Shown one piece after another: positions 25,964 to 39,749 of a stretch of 64,000 nt of DNA. The stretch comes from Sphagnum compactum (Eukaryota): contig OZ234494.1 in NCBI GenBank assembly GCA_965153455.1, positions 8,308,001-8,372,000 on the forward strand, given 5' to 3'. The translations under genes were made by a program, and so were the position numbers. Every line of letters begins with the position of its first letter. The first letter of the stretch is position 1. The notes under the pieces are model-generated. The model was given only the letters and a program-made list of their open reading frames with translations. It had not been told where the DNA came from and did no database searches.

Positions 25964-28900
25964 AATATTCGGCCTTCTGAAGACATGCTGCCACGGAGGT
26001 TGAGAGCAACATATCGGGAAATGGGCATGCCACACAAATCAGATTCTTCATCAACTCATTCTTCATCAAATGACTTGTCTGCTCATGATGAAGGTGTCTC
26101 TCAACCAGTTCAGGAAGCACCACTGCCTGCAAACCAAGAACAAGCGATGGATGACTTCATGGTTGACTGGTTTGGACTTGACATAGTTGATGATATGTCT
26201 GGCAACCCACATGATGAAGGAGCCAATGCAGATGTTCCACATCATCAACATACTGCCCAGGGACAACGGCAGTGGCAAGAGGCGGAGGCACATGCTCAAA
26301 CACCTATTTTTCAAGGTGCAAGGTTAAGCCGTTTAGCAGCCATACTGGGGTTGTTAAACATCCAAGCAAAACACAAGGCAAGCAATACTATGTTGTTAGA
26401 CATTTTCCAGTATTGTCATAGCCTCTTGCTGCCTGAGGAAAATGTTTTGCCAGGATCTTGGAAGGAGGCTAAAAAGATCTTATCCTCCATAGGCATGGAG
26501 TATCAAATTGTCCATGCATGTGTTAATGACTGCATGCTATTTCATGGGAACAATGCCCATTTAACGGAGTGCAGTACATGTGAAGAGGCTCGATATGATC
26601 CTCACATGCTTACAGAAAAGGTGCCCAGGAAATCAGTAAGGTGGTTTCCCATTATTCCTCGCTTGCTGCACATGTATCGATGTACAGACTTGGCCGAGTT
26701 AATGGTTTGGCATAAGAAACATCGATCAGAGCCTGGTGTTATGAGGTTACCGGTTGACTCTCCTGCTCACAAGCATGTGGAGTCAACATGGCCAGAGTTT
26801 GAGCGTGACCCTAGGCATGTGAGGTTGGGGTTAGCATCAGATGGTGTTAGTCCACATTCACTTGGAGGAAAGGGACGACCTACCTCTGTTTGGCCAGTTG
26901 TTGTCATGAATTACAACCTTCCTCCATGGTTGTCTATGAAAAAAGGATTTTTGCTACTTTCTCTTATTATCCCAGGGCCAAGTAAGGTGAAAAACCTAGA
27001 CACCTACTTAGCACTAATGGTCGATGAGCTCAAAACGTTGTGGGATGGAGTATGGGCATATGATGGGAGGAAGACCACTGGAGGAATACCACGTGTATTC
27101 AAGTTGAGGGCAATTTGCATGTGGACAATGCATGATTATCCTGGTAAGAAATCATGCACATGCCTCTATATATTTTTTTAATATTCTGTTTTGTGATTAT
27201 TTGTTATTCTAATATTCAGCTCTTCTACAATCAGGGTTTGGTTTTGTAAGTGGGCTGCAAACTCAAGGCTACAAGGCCTGCTCTACATGTGGCCCAAGTT
27301 TGGAGGACATGGTTAAATACTCAAGCCATCTTCGCAAAATTGTTTACCTTGGCCATACAAAGTTTCTTCCACTGGGACATGATATGAGATCAGACCCACT
27401 TTTATTTTCATCTTTTGACATGCCTTATGGTGATGAGCGTGATATTCCAGAAGCTACCACTTTTGCATATTGGAAGGATGTGGCCAATAGAGTTATTGAC
27501 CCAAATGATTCTATGGTGTTTGAGGGTAGTGGATTGACAAGGTGGGGTATACTCAACAGCTTGCCCTATTGGGGTGAGTTGAAAATACGTCATCTCTTGG
27601 ACCCCATGCACATTGAGGGAAATGTGGGAAAGGCTATCATAAAACAGCTCTATGGAGAGAAGGATAGTAACTTTAGGGAGGCCTGTGAGGATTTTGAGAG
27701 GCATCCCGATGTGTGGATTACTATTGATCCTAACACAGGTATTGAGCAGCGACCATCAGCTCCATGGACACTTACTACACAGGAAAGAAAAGATTTTCGA
27801 AATCGCATAGGAGAGATGCGATTCCCTACAGGTTTGAACTTTGATGGCAAGGGTTGAATTTAGAAGTACTCTGTTGCTTTTATTTATATTTAAATCTGTA
27901 TGCCTTATACTGGAAAAAGAGTTTAAAATATAGTTAGCTATCTGTTGGATGTCTAGAATACTTTTGTATAATTTTATGGATCCTTGTTGCAGGTTATGGA
28001 GCTAATCTTCAAAAAGCTTTTGGTAGGGACGATGACCACAAGTGGCCAAGGTATCTGAAGACACATGACTATCATCGTTTACTGTAGCACATATTGCCTG
28101 TGGCAATAATAGGCTTAGCCAGTGCAGAAGTACAAGATGCTCTTTGGTCATTGGGATATCTGTTGAGATGGGTATGCTCAAAGGAGTTATTTGTAGAGGA
28201 GATTCCAAGAATGAGGGTAATAGCAACAGAGGTGGTATGCAAGTTGGAAAAGGCCTTCCCTCCATCATTTTTTGATTGTCAAGTGCATTTACTAGTTCAC
28301 CTTGTGGATGAGATAGCCATTGCTGGTCCTGTGCATTGTCGGTGGATGTATTGGCTTAAAAGATATATGGCAATATTAAAGGGTTATGTCCGTAACCATG
28401 CACGAGTGGAGGGAAGCATGGCAACAGGACACTTGGCAGCAGAGAACATGTTTTATTGCACCAACATCTTGGCCACTATAGATCCATCATGTCTTCATGT
28501 CTGGATGGAGGAAAAAGAAGAGGAGGAAGACCGTTTGACTGGTGCCATCCAAACACGTATGTTATTACCTACAGAGTTAATTCAGCTGACCACATTCATG
28601 TTGAATAATAGCAATGTCATGGAAGAGTGGAGGAACTTCTATGAGAATGCCAAAAGTATGAGTGAGAGATCAAAGATTTTTCTTACGTTGCATAAGTACA
28701 TGAAAGAGAAGTTGGCTGAAGTGGATCAATTGTTGGCACAAGGAGAAAGTATATCATGTTTTCCAGAGATCACAGATGATGTTTGCACCATTGTTCATGG
28801 ACCACAGAGAGTTGTGACAACACGTTCAGCAATGTGGACATAAGGAAGACATTTCAGGTATTTATTTTTTCTATTTCATTAGGCATATTAACTCATCTTC

Positions 28901-29494
28901 ACATTCCAGACAAGTTTTTTAGAATGTTTTAGGATGATTTTTATGGGCATGAAGTTTCTATTATCATATAAGTTGTTGACTCACAATGCCTAACACAATA
29001 TTAATTTCAGGATTTCCACTTTGGATGAAAAGAGGGGCCGCACCTTTGACTGTGGAGTTCAAGGGCAATTCATTCAGGACTCTAGAAGCATTCGGCATGA
29101 CAGGAATATTGTTCGAGATATTGTCCCACATTATGGAAAGCTGGAAGAGATCTTGGTGGTATCTTATGATGCACATTCAAAGTTTGAAGAGTATGTGTTT
29201 AAGTGTAAGTGGTTTAAAGTGAACTTTGCTGGTGCAAATTGCACTGTAGTTCAGGATGAGTGCGGACACACACGGTTAAAGACATCTGCCACCAGTTATC
29301 AGCCATCTCATTGGCAAACTTCAGAGCCATTTACTTTTCCCAGTCATGTAGAACAATGTTTTTATCTTCCTTATCCCCCAAACCCAGAGGAGTGGTCACT
29401 TGTTGTCACATATGTGCCACGGTCCCGTTCTATTCTAGGTGAGAAACCAGAGGTTGTGCTTACAACCTCTGAGGTGGATGATGACCACGTATAA
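25964..29494 (+). pseudogene. CACTA TnpD-type transposase (Transposase_21, DUF4218- and DUF4216-like regions); exons 25964-27143, 27235-27831, 27993-28857, 29011-29494
   Basis: HACVNDCMLF, RHVRLGLASDG, YNLPPW, MHDYPG, LDPMHIEGN, LKTHDYH, FPPSFFD, HLLVHL, GPVHCRWMY, YGKLEEI, FKCKWF, EPF; premature stops TAG 28085 and TAA 28841. Confidence 0.93.
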
Positions 29495-29699
29495 TGTACT
29501 ACTCATTATTTTTATGCAAATTGCCATTAAGGCTTGTGGTTCTATATTACTCCACAATGTTCATTGTGTCAAAGTCTTTAGCGAATTTCAGCCTTTATAG
29601 CTCCGGGAGTAGGCCCTTTGGGAACTTTGTACTACTCTCCTTTGCACTACCGCATGTACTACCTCAATGTCACCGAGATTTTATGCGACTTAAAAAAGG

Positions 29700-30195
29700 C
29701 CGTGATAAATCAGATGACATTGCGAAACCTTTTGCGAAACTTCCTTCTCCAGGATCCCTTTTACTACTTTGCGAACTAACGCACAACGCAACTTGCGATA
29801 CGTCCAACACTGGAAACTTTTGTTAAAATTTGTGATGAGGTTTGCGATACATATTCAAACGTAAAATGCGATGCGCCGAATAACGCAAGATTGCGATTTT
29901 TTATGAGTCTCAAAGTGTTTTGCGATACTTTGTGTATTTTAAAATTTGCGATGTTGTGAGTATGATTAAGAGGTGCGAACTGTGGAATATCGCTAGCGTG
30001 CACGGAAACTGAGAGGGTCGCAAAGTTTTGGTTGTGGTATATGTCGCAAAAGTGCTGTGATGATTTAAGGTACATTATATATTAGCGATGGTTGGTGAAC
30101 CACAAGGTGCGATGCGTGTCACATCGCAAATATGGCAGGTTGTTTTTGCTTCGCAAACCCTTCCAGTTTTTTGTTTTTCCCTTCGCAAAAAGGCA
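29700..30195. repeat. Right subterminal repeat array (TTGCGA/TCGCAA)
   Basis: About 13 copies counted by eye; orientation switches from TTGCGA to TCGCAAA near 30000. Confidence 0.85.
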
Positions 30196-33100
30196 CAATA
30201 TGTAGTAGTGATAGGCAAAGGAAAAAACCTTGTTTTGATTTGAAATCTTTAGGATTGATGAACTTATGTCCAAGCAATGGCTCAATCCATGGGTCACACA
30301 ACATGATGTTAAATTCTTCATTGTTGACCTACTTGATTTTGCAAGCAATGTGAGGTTGAAAATTATCAGAAACCATACACTTACAGACCTAACAATAGTA
30401 ACCAACGTCTCTATTTGTGAAAGATGGGAGATGACATTTCTCACAAACATTTTCGAAGCAAGTTGCACCAATTGGGATTATCAATGTCCCCACACTTATA
30501 ATCACAACATTAAAAGCCATGGAATCAACATATGTAACTCACTTCATTGTTTTTATTTCTCAATAAAAAAGTTTTCAACACATAAATATTTCAAATTTGA
30601 ACATACCTTAAAGTTGGTTGCGAAATCTTGACCTTCTATCCTCTTATTATGGATTTCAGTCAACCTTTTAACAATTATAGCATCAAGAACAGGAATCACA
30701 AAGATGGTAGCATAATTAATTACCAATTGTTGTTCACCAAATTAAGAACTTTCAATGTTTTTGACCAACATTGTTGCAGGGTTGCTACATCTTAACCAAT
30801 CGCATGTATTGTGCAAAGAACTCAAGATAAAATGACAATGCATGTGCATCATTACTACCCAACCCATCTATAACTACTAAGATAAAAGCCTTGGCAGATC
30901 GCCCATATATCCTTGTGACCATTAACTCCATGGTTCCTAACTCTTCTTAATACAAATTCCCAATTTCCTCTCTCAAACCTATTTCTAAAAGTGACCGCAA
31001 AATTGAGCACCCATATGAAGGAACCCACCTTTAAATGAGGGGGAAAGGTAGAAACAAAACTAGACCTTATAATTAGAGTTAGTCAAATATCCAAGTGGAT
31101 CTACTAAATCATAATGGATATATTTAAACCCACTTCTAGGGACATTTGCAGACCCATACCTGCTAATAATGTAACCTTCAAAACAAACACCAAACATTTT
31201 TTGTTGCACGTTGATGATGCTAACAACATTCATAGGTGCAGTTCTTTTCATGCTTGGGCTAGGTACTAGTTGAGCCATACAACACAGTTCACAAAGTTCC
31301 CAAAAAACAACCTATATACAAACAAAACAAATTGTTTGTATATTTTTCACTATAATATGCATAATTGATAGAAAGTTTACATATATTTTGCACTTTAATA
31401 TACACAAAAAACTAAAAACTAAAAGTTTTATGAAGCCAAAACTCAATGTAGTTATGGAGCACTTAGATATCTATGGCAAACAAAAAATGTGTCTGTCTTT
31501 TACACTATAATATACACAAGAAATAGAAAATAGAAAACCTTATCAAACTAAAATCCAATGTAGTCATGGAACACTTACAGATGTGTGGGGTGTTATGATT
31601 TGTTGAAGTGCAAACAAAAGCCTTTAAAAGACTTCAACAATTCAAAGAATAAACAAGTGAGCAAATAGAAAAAAAACTTCAAACATAGCTTAAATCATGG
31701 GTCTCAAATGTCACAAAACTTGCAGAGCACAAACTAAACAAGATGCTAGTTTAGAAAGTGCTCCTAGAATAGAACCAAATAGCATTATATAGCAGCCATG
31801 ATAACCCATGACCTCCGTAATAAGTGTGTTGAGGTGTACAAAATTAGGGTTTAGATTTAAATTAGGTTTGTATTAAATCTAGGGCTATAATGGATTAGGG
31901 TTATATAGGTTCACAACTACATTTAAGTCTGTAATGGATTAGGTTTATAGTATAATTTTCAGGGTTCCTTGCCACTTGTCCCTATACCAAACCTTAAAAT
32001 ACTCTAGATTAGCAATAACCTAAGTTGAGACCTAACAACAAATTACGGCTATTAATTAAAGACCTATTAAATAATTGCATGGATACAAATAAACAAGGGG
32101 CATGGGCTACATCTGACACATAATCATATACTTCAAAATTAAATATTAAACTAATAAAAAAGAAAGCACATTGGGTCATTAATTAGTAATCTCTTCAACT
32201 TATGTGTAGAAAATGCATAGTGGGATTATATGAGAATTGCAAGGTATGACACTATAGGATATGTTTGGCAAATTGAATGAGGGCAAATTATATACCCTGC
32301 AATGTCATACCGACATTTTCATACCTACATTTTCATACCTACAATCAAACATACTTGGGCAATGACATATGCAGGGTATGAATATGAAGTTGTACCATTA
32401 GAGTCTACCATGAAGGTGAATCAATTCAAAAATTCTAGTTCATGTTCAAGTGGGTCCTGCAAACACAGAACATGCATTCTATTTCAATTGGCTAACTTAT
32501 TAGCAATAAAGTAAACAAGATTCGAATAAGGTAGAATTCGGTCCAACAAAAGCACTAAGAGGAAGCAAAAGAGCACAAGTTGAATACAAAACATGTATGA
32601 GAAGTCACAAAAATATATAAGTTGAGTTGCCTATCCTAGATTCCCATTGTATAATTCTTAAACATCTTCTCCAATAAAAATGTCATGGAACAATGAGCAC
32701 ACACATCAACCAACTATGAATTTTTGGGTTAAGGCACCAATTGTCTCATCTTTGATGAAGAGACCACGCTTTAGATGCTCATAGATATTGTTGAGCACTA
32801 GATTATTCATTTGTTGGAACAATGGTACCTGCACAATTGACAGAAAAACAACTTTGCCAAAAACAAGACAAAGCAAGGCAGAGGTCGTGCTTTATGTCAC
32901 AATGAAGGCCCTCATGCAGGTTTTACACAATAGCCTCTTCATCTATACCACAAATTGTTGCCCATTTCACAAACACGTAGAAATCACCTCCAAGTTCATA
33001 CAATATTTCCTAAGGGGCAACTTAAAACAACAAAATCCAATGGCACAAAACTCAAGACTTTGTATTTTGAGCTATAGTGTAAGAAAAAAAACCATCTCCA

Positions 33101-33949
33101 AACCAAAAAAAAATTTCCGACACAACAAGATTGTTACAATTAGAAAAATTAGAAATAAATAAACTACTGAACTTCCACATGAGAAACATCATCACACAAA
33201 TTTCCAAAGACAAGGGCCATTCTTAAAGATCCAAGGTCCACTTCCCAGCACTTTGAGTCATTATCAATATCACGTAAGGAATTTCAGCAAAATCTGTGGA
33301 GTTGATAATTGTGCTTTAACCACATCCAAAACATGAGGAGAAACAATTGGGCCCAATTTCTTTAGCCTTCTCCAAACTATTGAAGCCTGTATAGACACAT
33401 ATGTAGAACTCTCTACATCATTCTCAAGTCACTTGAACAACTACACTCATCTATGCAGACTCACTTAGCTTTCTCAGGGAATGCCCAGTTTGTGCAATCA
33501 ACTTCACTTTCTTACAACACGAGTCCATGACAAGAATGTGAGGTCTACATCTTTAGGACATATTGTATGAGACACATTGACACATCTACGTTTCTACTGG
33601 AATAAAATATACTTCCTCCAATAATTTCTACATATATCCAAATCAACTACTGCAAATATTACATAACCTTGTGAGAATAGGACTCAAAGCTCAAACAAAC
33701 ATACATCTAGTTTTTTAAGATGTTCCAACAGAGCATATGGTAGGTACCTGGATCAATGCAAATATGTTAAAAGTTGTGTAGTGGCTTTGCAGTAGCACAA
33801 CTTGGCTATAATTAAGTTCTCTTCACACCTTTCAAATATGCATTATTGAATAGATATTAAATAGAACCATAGTTTTTGTAGTCTATTTTAGAAACTTTCC
33901 AAGTCTGCAAACAAGGCTTGTAAAACCTACAAGCTTAAGAAAGTGTTGC

Positions 33950-35460
33950 CTACCTTGGCAAACATTTGTTATGTCATGCAACTGGGTAGTGTCTACATTT
34001 GATGAGACACTAGTCCTTATCATGTTTTACACCTTCCAGCATACAATTGTGGCATCTATGGAGAGGACAAGAAAACTTTGCCAAGCCTTGTTAGATGTGT
34101 GAAGCCAGATCTTGGTGCTTAGGACCTACAACAAGTAATTTAGCCATAGTTAGGATGGTAGAAATGTTGGCAAGCATGAGCTCCACAAATAAAGACCTAG
34201 ATGCAAAAGCCCACAACATTAGATGAACACTTAAATTTCCAACTAAAAAGGAAAAAAAAAACTTTAGGAGATAACTATTTACAAAGGGCCAATTTGGAGT
34301 GTCTAATAACCCTTAATTGATAACAAAAGAGCATTAAAGTAATGACATTCCGATTGCAAAATTTAATAAGAAAAGCTTATGTAAGGTATACTAATTACAG
34401 AGAAGGGGTGAACTATTCACTATTATATAGGAAGAATGAGTAGCTTAAAAATTACACCTTTCTTAACCTTGGATCATGAAACAAACCTGCAAGTTTTTTG
34501 CACCCAGCTATATAGAGAGAGACAAAGACAAAAAGAAAAAATGGAAAGGAGAATGAAGGGTTTAGTCACCTCTTGAGATTACTTGTTAGAACTTCCAAGC
34601 TTACCACAGACAAATCATTGGTGCATCTTGTACTTCCAAGATGCACGAAAAAAACCATCTCTTTGCATAAGCATGATATTGAATCAAAACTCCCATTTCA
34701 GACCATATGGAAAAGGTTTACCCTTTATGTCCTCTATTTAAGCACCATGAACAAAAAACAATATTGAATACAAAACAATTGCCTCATAAATTTAATCAAC
34801 CAAACAACCAAATTTGTAGCTAACAAACCTACTAACACAAAATAGCACAAAGCCTTGTTGCTCCTACAAATTGTATTTATCCAAAATCTGAAGATTCACC
34901 TCCACCACCTTTGGTGTGTGTGATCCACACTTGGTTTGAGCCCTTGACATCTTTGTTACATGGAAGGACCGCATGCATAAACCGTCACAATTACCAGTTC
35001 ACATAAATATTTTAAAACAATAAACAAAATTAACTTCCAAATTTACAAGGGAAAATGCATGAAGATTTTAGTATGGCTCTAGAGTTCCATCTAACAAGTT
35101 TATTATCATTGGATGAATAAAAAAATAGATTCATAATCTACATTATGAAGTCCATCATTGCACTATTAGAACACGAACTTGCTGTAGTATAGAGGTTTAT
35201 TTAGGGACAAATTTGAGAAATCAGTAAGTTTGTCACCTTTTGCAACCCCATCATCACAAAAGGTACAAACATCTAGCTCATAAATCCAGTCGAAAGGAAA
35301 TACATTTTTCCCATTGTTTGGGAATCCCTCTTTTGTTGCAGTGTCATCCATGGCTTCAAACACCACTTCGTCATGAGATTCCACATGAGGTCTCTTTTGA
35401 ATGGCCATATCATGTTCTTCATTTTTCCTCTTAAGAGCTCCATTGTTTTTTTGACCCATC
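33950..35460 (-). pseudogene. Decayed multi-exon gene with EDM2/NSD-type PHD fingers; may extend ~32.7-36.7 kb
   Basis: DVCTFCDDG (~35270), CDGLCMRSFHVTK (~34970), VFICGAHACQHFYHP (~34180), FSCPLHRCHNC...IKCRHYPVA*HNKCLPR (~34070-33955), in the order of the EDM2 PHD array; in-frame stops. Confidence 0.7.
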
Positions 35461-38400
35461 ACCTCTTAACCCTACCATAATACAAAAGTACAAAAAGCCA
35501 GTGAATGAACTCATTCCATTACTTGACTTATTATACATGCTTTTAGTAGATTATTATTAGGAACAAGAAGGTGTAATTCCATGACTTGCACTTCTTTTTT
35601 AGTGAAAATGCATTGATGTTTCCAGGGCTATTATCCAAAAAATGCAATTGAAACAATATTGATCCTGACAGTCCATGTAATAGCTATTGCCACTCATGGG
35701 TTCATGGCTATTATTTACTATTGCATGCATTGATTCCAAATCAATGACTTCACTCACTATAAGAACATAATAAAGTCCAACAAAACAAATCACACAAGGA
35801 TTTTTCACAACTACAAACACTTAGGGGCTTCAACAAAATATATGATATTTGAGTCTCCCTTCCTACCTCATCTTGTTGTTGAGATAATAGGTTTCTAGGG
35901 CATGATGTTGATCTTCCACCAAAAATGCACAATCTTTGTTCAATTGCAAGCTAATCATTTCCCAAAGAAAAAAAAATAGTAGTTGCCACTGCAGATTGCA
36001 AGATAAGTGTTTCCTGGACTTACTACCACTGTTAGCACCAACACCATCAAAATGGCAGTTGGAACAACATCGTCATTCCAATTGGTCATTTTTACATCTA
36101 GATTGGCACAACCATTATGTCTAAAAATTGGAGTCCCATGACTAGTTTTAGTAGTTAGATTTGAGTGATTCATGCCATCCTTAAGCTTGTTGCCATCCTC
36201 CTCATCCTTCTTGATGGTAATATTCTCCCAATGCATGATCAAGTGTTGCGAACCCCTGGTCTAGTGGCCAACAACTTACATCAAAGAATCAAAAGACAAA
36301 AAACCTTTTGTGGTGAACTATAGTATGTGCAATCACATGCACACATCTAAAACCAAAAAAATTGACTACTGTTTATATCCATGGAGTCACAAGGCAATTG
36401 AAAAAACTATTATAGACAAAAGAAGCCAAAAAATCAAATGTGAAAATATCACCCCATGAAAGAGAAAAAGTCATAAAATTAAACACAAATTCTCAAATTG
36501 TCAAAGAAAGTAGCAAAACACAACCAATAACTTCACAACTAGGACAAATGGACCCCATTATGAAAAGAATTTTTCTTCTACAAAGAAAAGGTCAAATCAC
36601 AAGAATGACACAAAATCAGGAGCTGTTGGAAATCAATTCACAAACAAGTTTACAATGTAATTATCGCACCTTGGAAAACGTTCACGACGAAAGGTTGTCG
36701 TCGTGCAGGTGATGTTTCGACAACATCATCCAAATTAGCTCCTATAAGATCCTCCAACTTGTCTAGCAATTGAATCAGATCCTCTCTCTATAGGGGGCCA
36801 TAATTATGAAGAAGTTCTTTGAATCTGACACCTCCCTCCCGAACAATAGTAACAACAATGGCCGTGTTGCTACTCCGCAGAATCCACGTGAGATAAGAAT
36901 CTTCATTTCTAGTCTCTTTCACTCCTTCCACAAAAGTGCATGACATCCCCCTCCTACATACTCGACCTCACTACATAATCTTTCAATCACTAAAAGTAGC
37001 AACACAAAAACCTATTGTTGAACATGGGAAAAAAACATGATATGTGTCTTGCATAAAGGTTTCTTTCCTAGTTGAGTATAGAAAATTTCCAATGATAAGC
37101 ATTTTTGTCCTGAGTGATATGAGATTCTTTAGATCAGTCCTTCAATCCCATTAGTCAAGGACAAATAATAGATAAATAAAGCAAGTTTGGGAAGTCCATC
37201 TTACACAAACTTCCTAAACTTAAGATGGATTTATGAGACTTACCTAGGATGAAGCTGCGCATTCCACCCCTTCATGTTAAAAATGGCAAACCTCTTCCTT
37301 CTATTCCCCTTGGTTTGCTCTCCCATGAAAGCGGTCAACATTTCATCTATTCTTGTTCTTGTCAATCCTCCCTTTCCCCACAAAACACAAATGCCACATC
37401 AATTGGGAAAAACCAATGTTGACCAAAGGAGGAACAAAAACCTCAATGGCAAATTTTAGAACCACAAAAAGTTGCCGCCACCACCTTTTTTTGCTTTTTA
37501 AAAAATCCCTAAAATTTCCCACTTAATCCATTTGTTGTGTCACATTCTAAACATTAGAAACAAATTGTTTCAATCTAAATGGTCTAAACATTGTCATCAA
37601 ATAAACCAATTTATTTAATGTGAAACCAGTTCCAATAAAGTAAAAGTTGCAAACTTTGGATCGAATGTGACAGTCCATGTCCCTGTGGGGGCAAGGCCAA
37701 ATAAAATGTCTTTACTTTGCCGATACCACTAAAAGAAGGGAAAGGGGGTGAAAGGAGGCCCAAAGATAGGGTGAAGACTGTTTACTTTATAGATAACTCT
37801 AATGTGTTAAGTACAATTTAGTGTGCAGGGATTAAAATTAGATGATTTTATGAAAGAAGGAGACATGAATCCAAAGCTATGTTCTTCAATTATCACAATT
37901 TGTCAAATATGATTTCCTTTTAATATGTGTTTCTTATTTCATTCCATTAAGTTCTTTCATGTGCATGAAAATAAAATTTAACTTTTGCGAAAACTGAGTA
38001 ATGTTTCAAAAGCACAAAAAAGATTCCATTGCACTTATTTGAAGTTTAAATTAACTACAAATTTAGGTGTTGCTTTATTACATGCAATCGTACAAAATAG
38101 GATTTAGTAAGATTAAGTTTTTGTTCATGAATTTGAAAACAAAGACTCCAAGCCACCACCTATTAAATTTGTTAACAAATATGAATTTTAATTCTTGTAT
38201 TTCATTGGAACCATTTCATACGTATCTAAAAATATATTAATCCAATACATGTTTCTTATTGAATTTTTTTTTTATGAAAACAAACATGTCAATTTGCTTT
38301 TGATGTCAATTTCATTACCAAAATATGTTTGTGTTTTGATGTATATGGGTTTTTTTCCATGAATAAATAGGTAGTGCATCCAATTGTGTTTCATTGCATG

Positions 38401-39749
38401 TTATATGCCATTGTTGTATTTGATAGCTAATAGGCAACTAGGATCTAGATTGTGCACACTGCTAATGTTTTTCCTTTGGCACCAAATAATTATAGATTTG
38501 TGTTTAGGATATGTGGAAGGACTCTTGTGTCTTGGGGAAATATGTTATGTATGTCTCTACATTTTTGTTCATGCATGTCCAATAGTATTTTGTGTTGAAA
38601 TCTCTTCACCTTTCGCAATATCAATTAGAATTCTTACTTGATTAGCTTTAACATGAATGAAATTGAGAGATTCATTTGTGTTTGGCTCCTCTTTCAATGC
38701 AACAATTTCCTCCCACTTTCTCCCACTTCTTCTTTGTGTTTGCTATTGCAACATGTGAAACCTCCTTTGTTTTTTCTTCAAATTAATAGTCTGAGTTTTT
38801 TTTCTTGCTAATATGAATTCTAATAATCTTCTTAACACCACTTAAAATACAAAAGTGACAAATATATTTTTCCCTAAAAACCCTGATAGTTTTTAGATTG
38901 GAGGCTCTATCATTTGAACAATGGCAATAACATTCATATAAAGCTCTTCAAAAACCTTACCATGACTAGTAACAATGTCATAGTAATTGGTGATGTATAA
39001 CCTATAACAATTCACCTAAAAATATGGCAACATTTTTAAACAATCATGGTAATTTGTAGAAATTGCTTGACTATGAAATCAAGTTTGTAATCAAGTATTT
39101 GACTTCATTGTTAAGAAGAAGTTTATTGAAGTTGGCAATTCAAGTTTAAAACTACGTGTTCATTAATCACCACATAGGAACAAGGTAGAAATGGTCAACA
39201 TGAAATTACATTTGGGTTTTCAATTGTTTTGATATGGTTTCTAATTTGTGTTTTAAAGCCTATGAAAACATCAAAGTCATCATTTAAATGCTGAAAAGGT
39301 GGATGATTTGGGGTTGACAACATTGAAAACACATCAAACATATATTGTAAAATGATTGCACTAAAGGTTAATTATTTGGACTTGAAATGAGGGGAACATG
39401 CCATGTATTGAAAAATTAACCAAGTTAATGGCAATAATGTCAAAGATGGAATTAAATACTTGGGGTCACATTAGGTTGTTGTGCAATCTATAAAATGATT
39501 ATCAAGCAATTTGGGTCTTTGTTTAGATCCCCACCATCCTTGGATATCATTAGGTTGAAATGTTTTAACTTGATTAATTTAATGAAAATGCCATAATAGA
39601 TTCATTAATGAAAATACGCACATTAAAATAAATATTTGAATCCATTGGATACCTTGTATGGATTGTTTTGTAAAAAAAATTAATTTTTAACTACCAATGA
39701 AACAAAAGGAATTTTGAATATGCAAACATTGAAAAGGCATTTTAAGATT

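Larger units (their letters stand above)
21507..30210. mobile_element. Full-length CACTA (En/Spm) DNA transposon, 8704 bp
   Basis: Starts CACTACAACA, ends TGTAGTAGTG; 3-bp TSD ATA on both sides (21504-21506, 30211-30213); subterminal TTGCGA/TCGCAA arrays; internal TnpD-type transposase. Confidence 0.95.

Noticed and set aside
30215-33900. Coding-like decayed sequence on the minus strand, possibly another transposase
   Set aside because: No motif could be assigned with confidence
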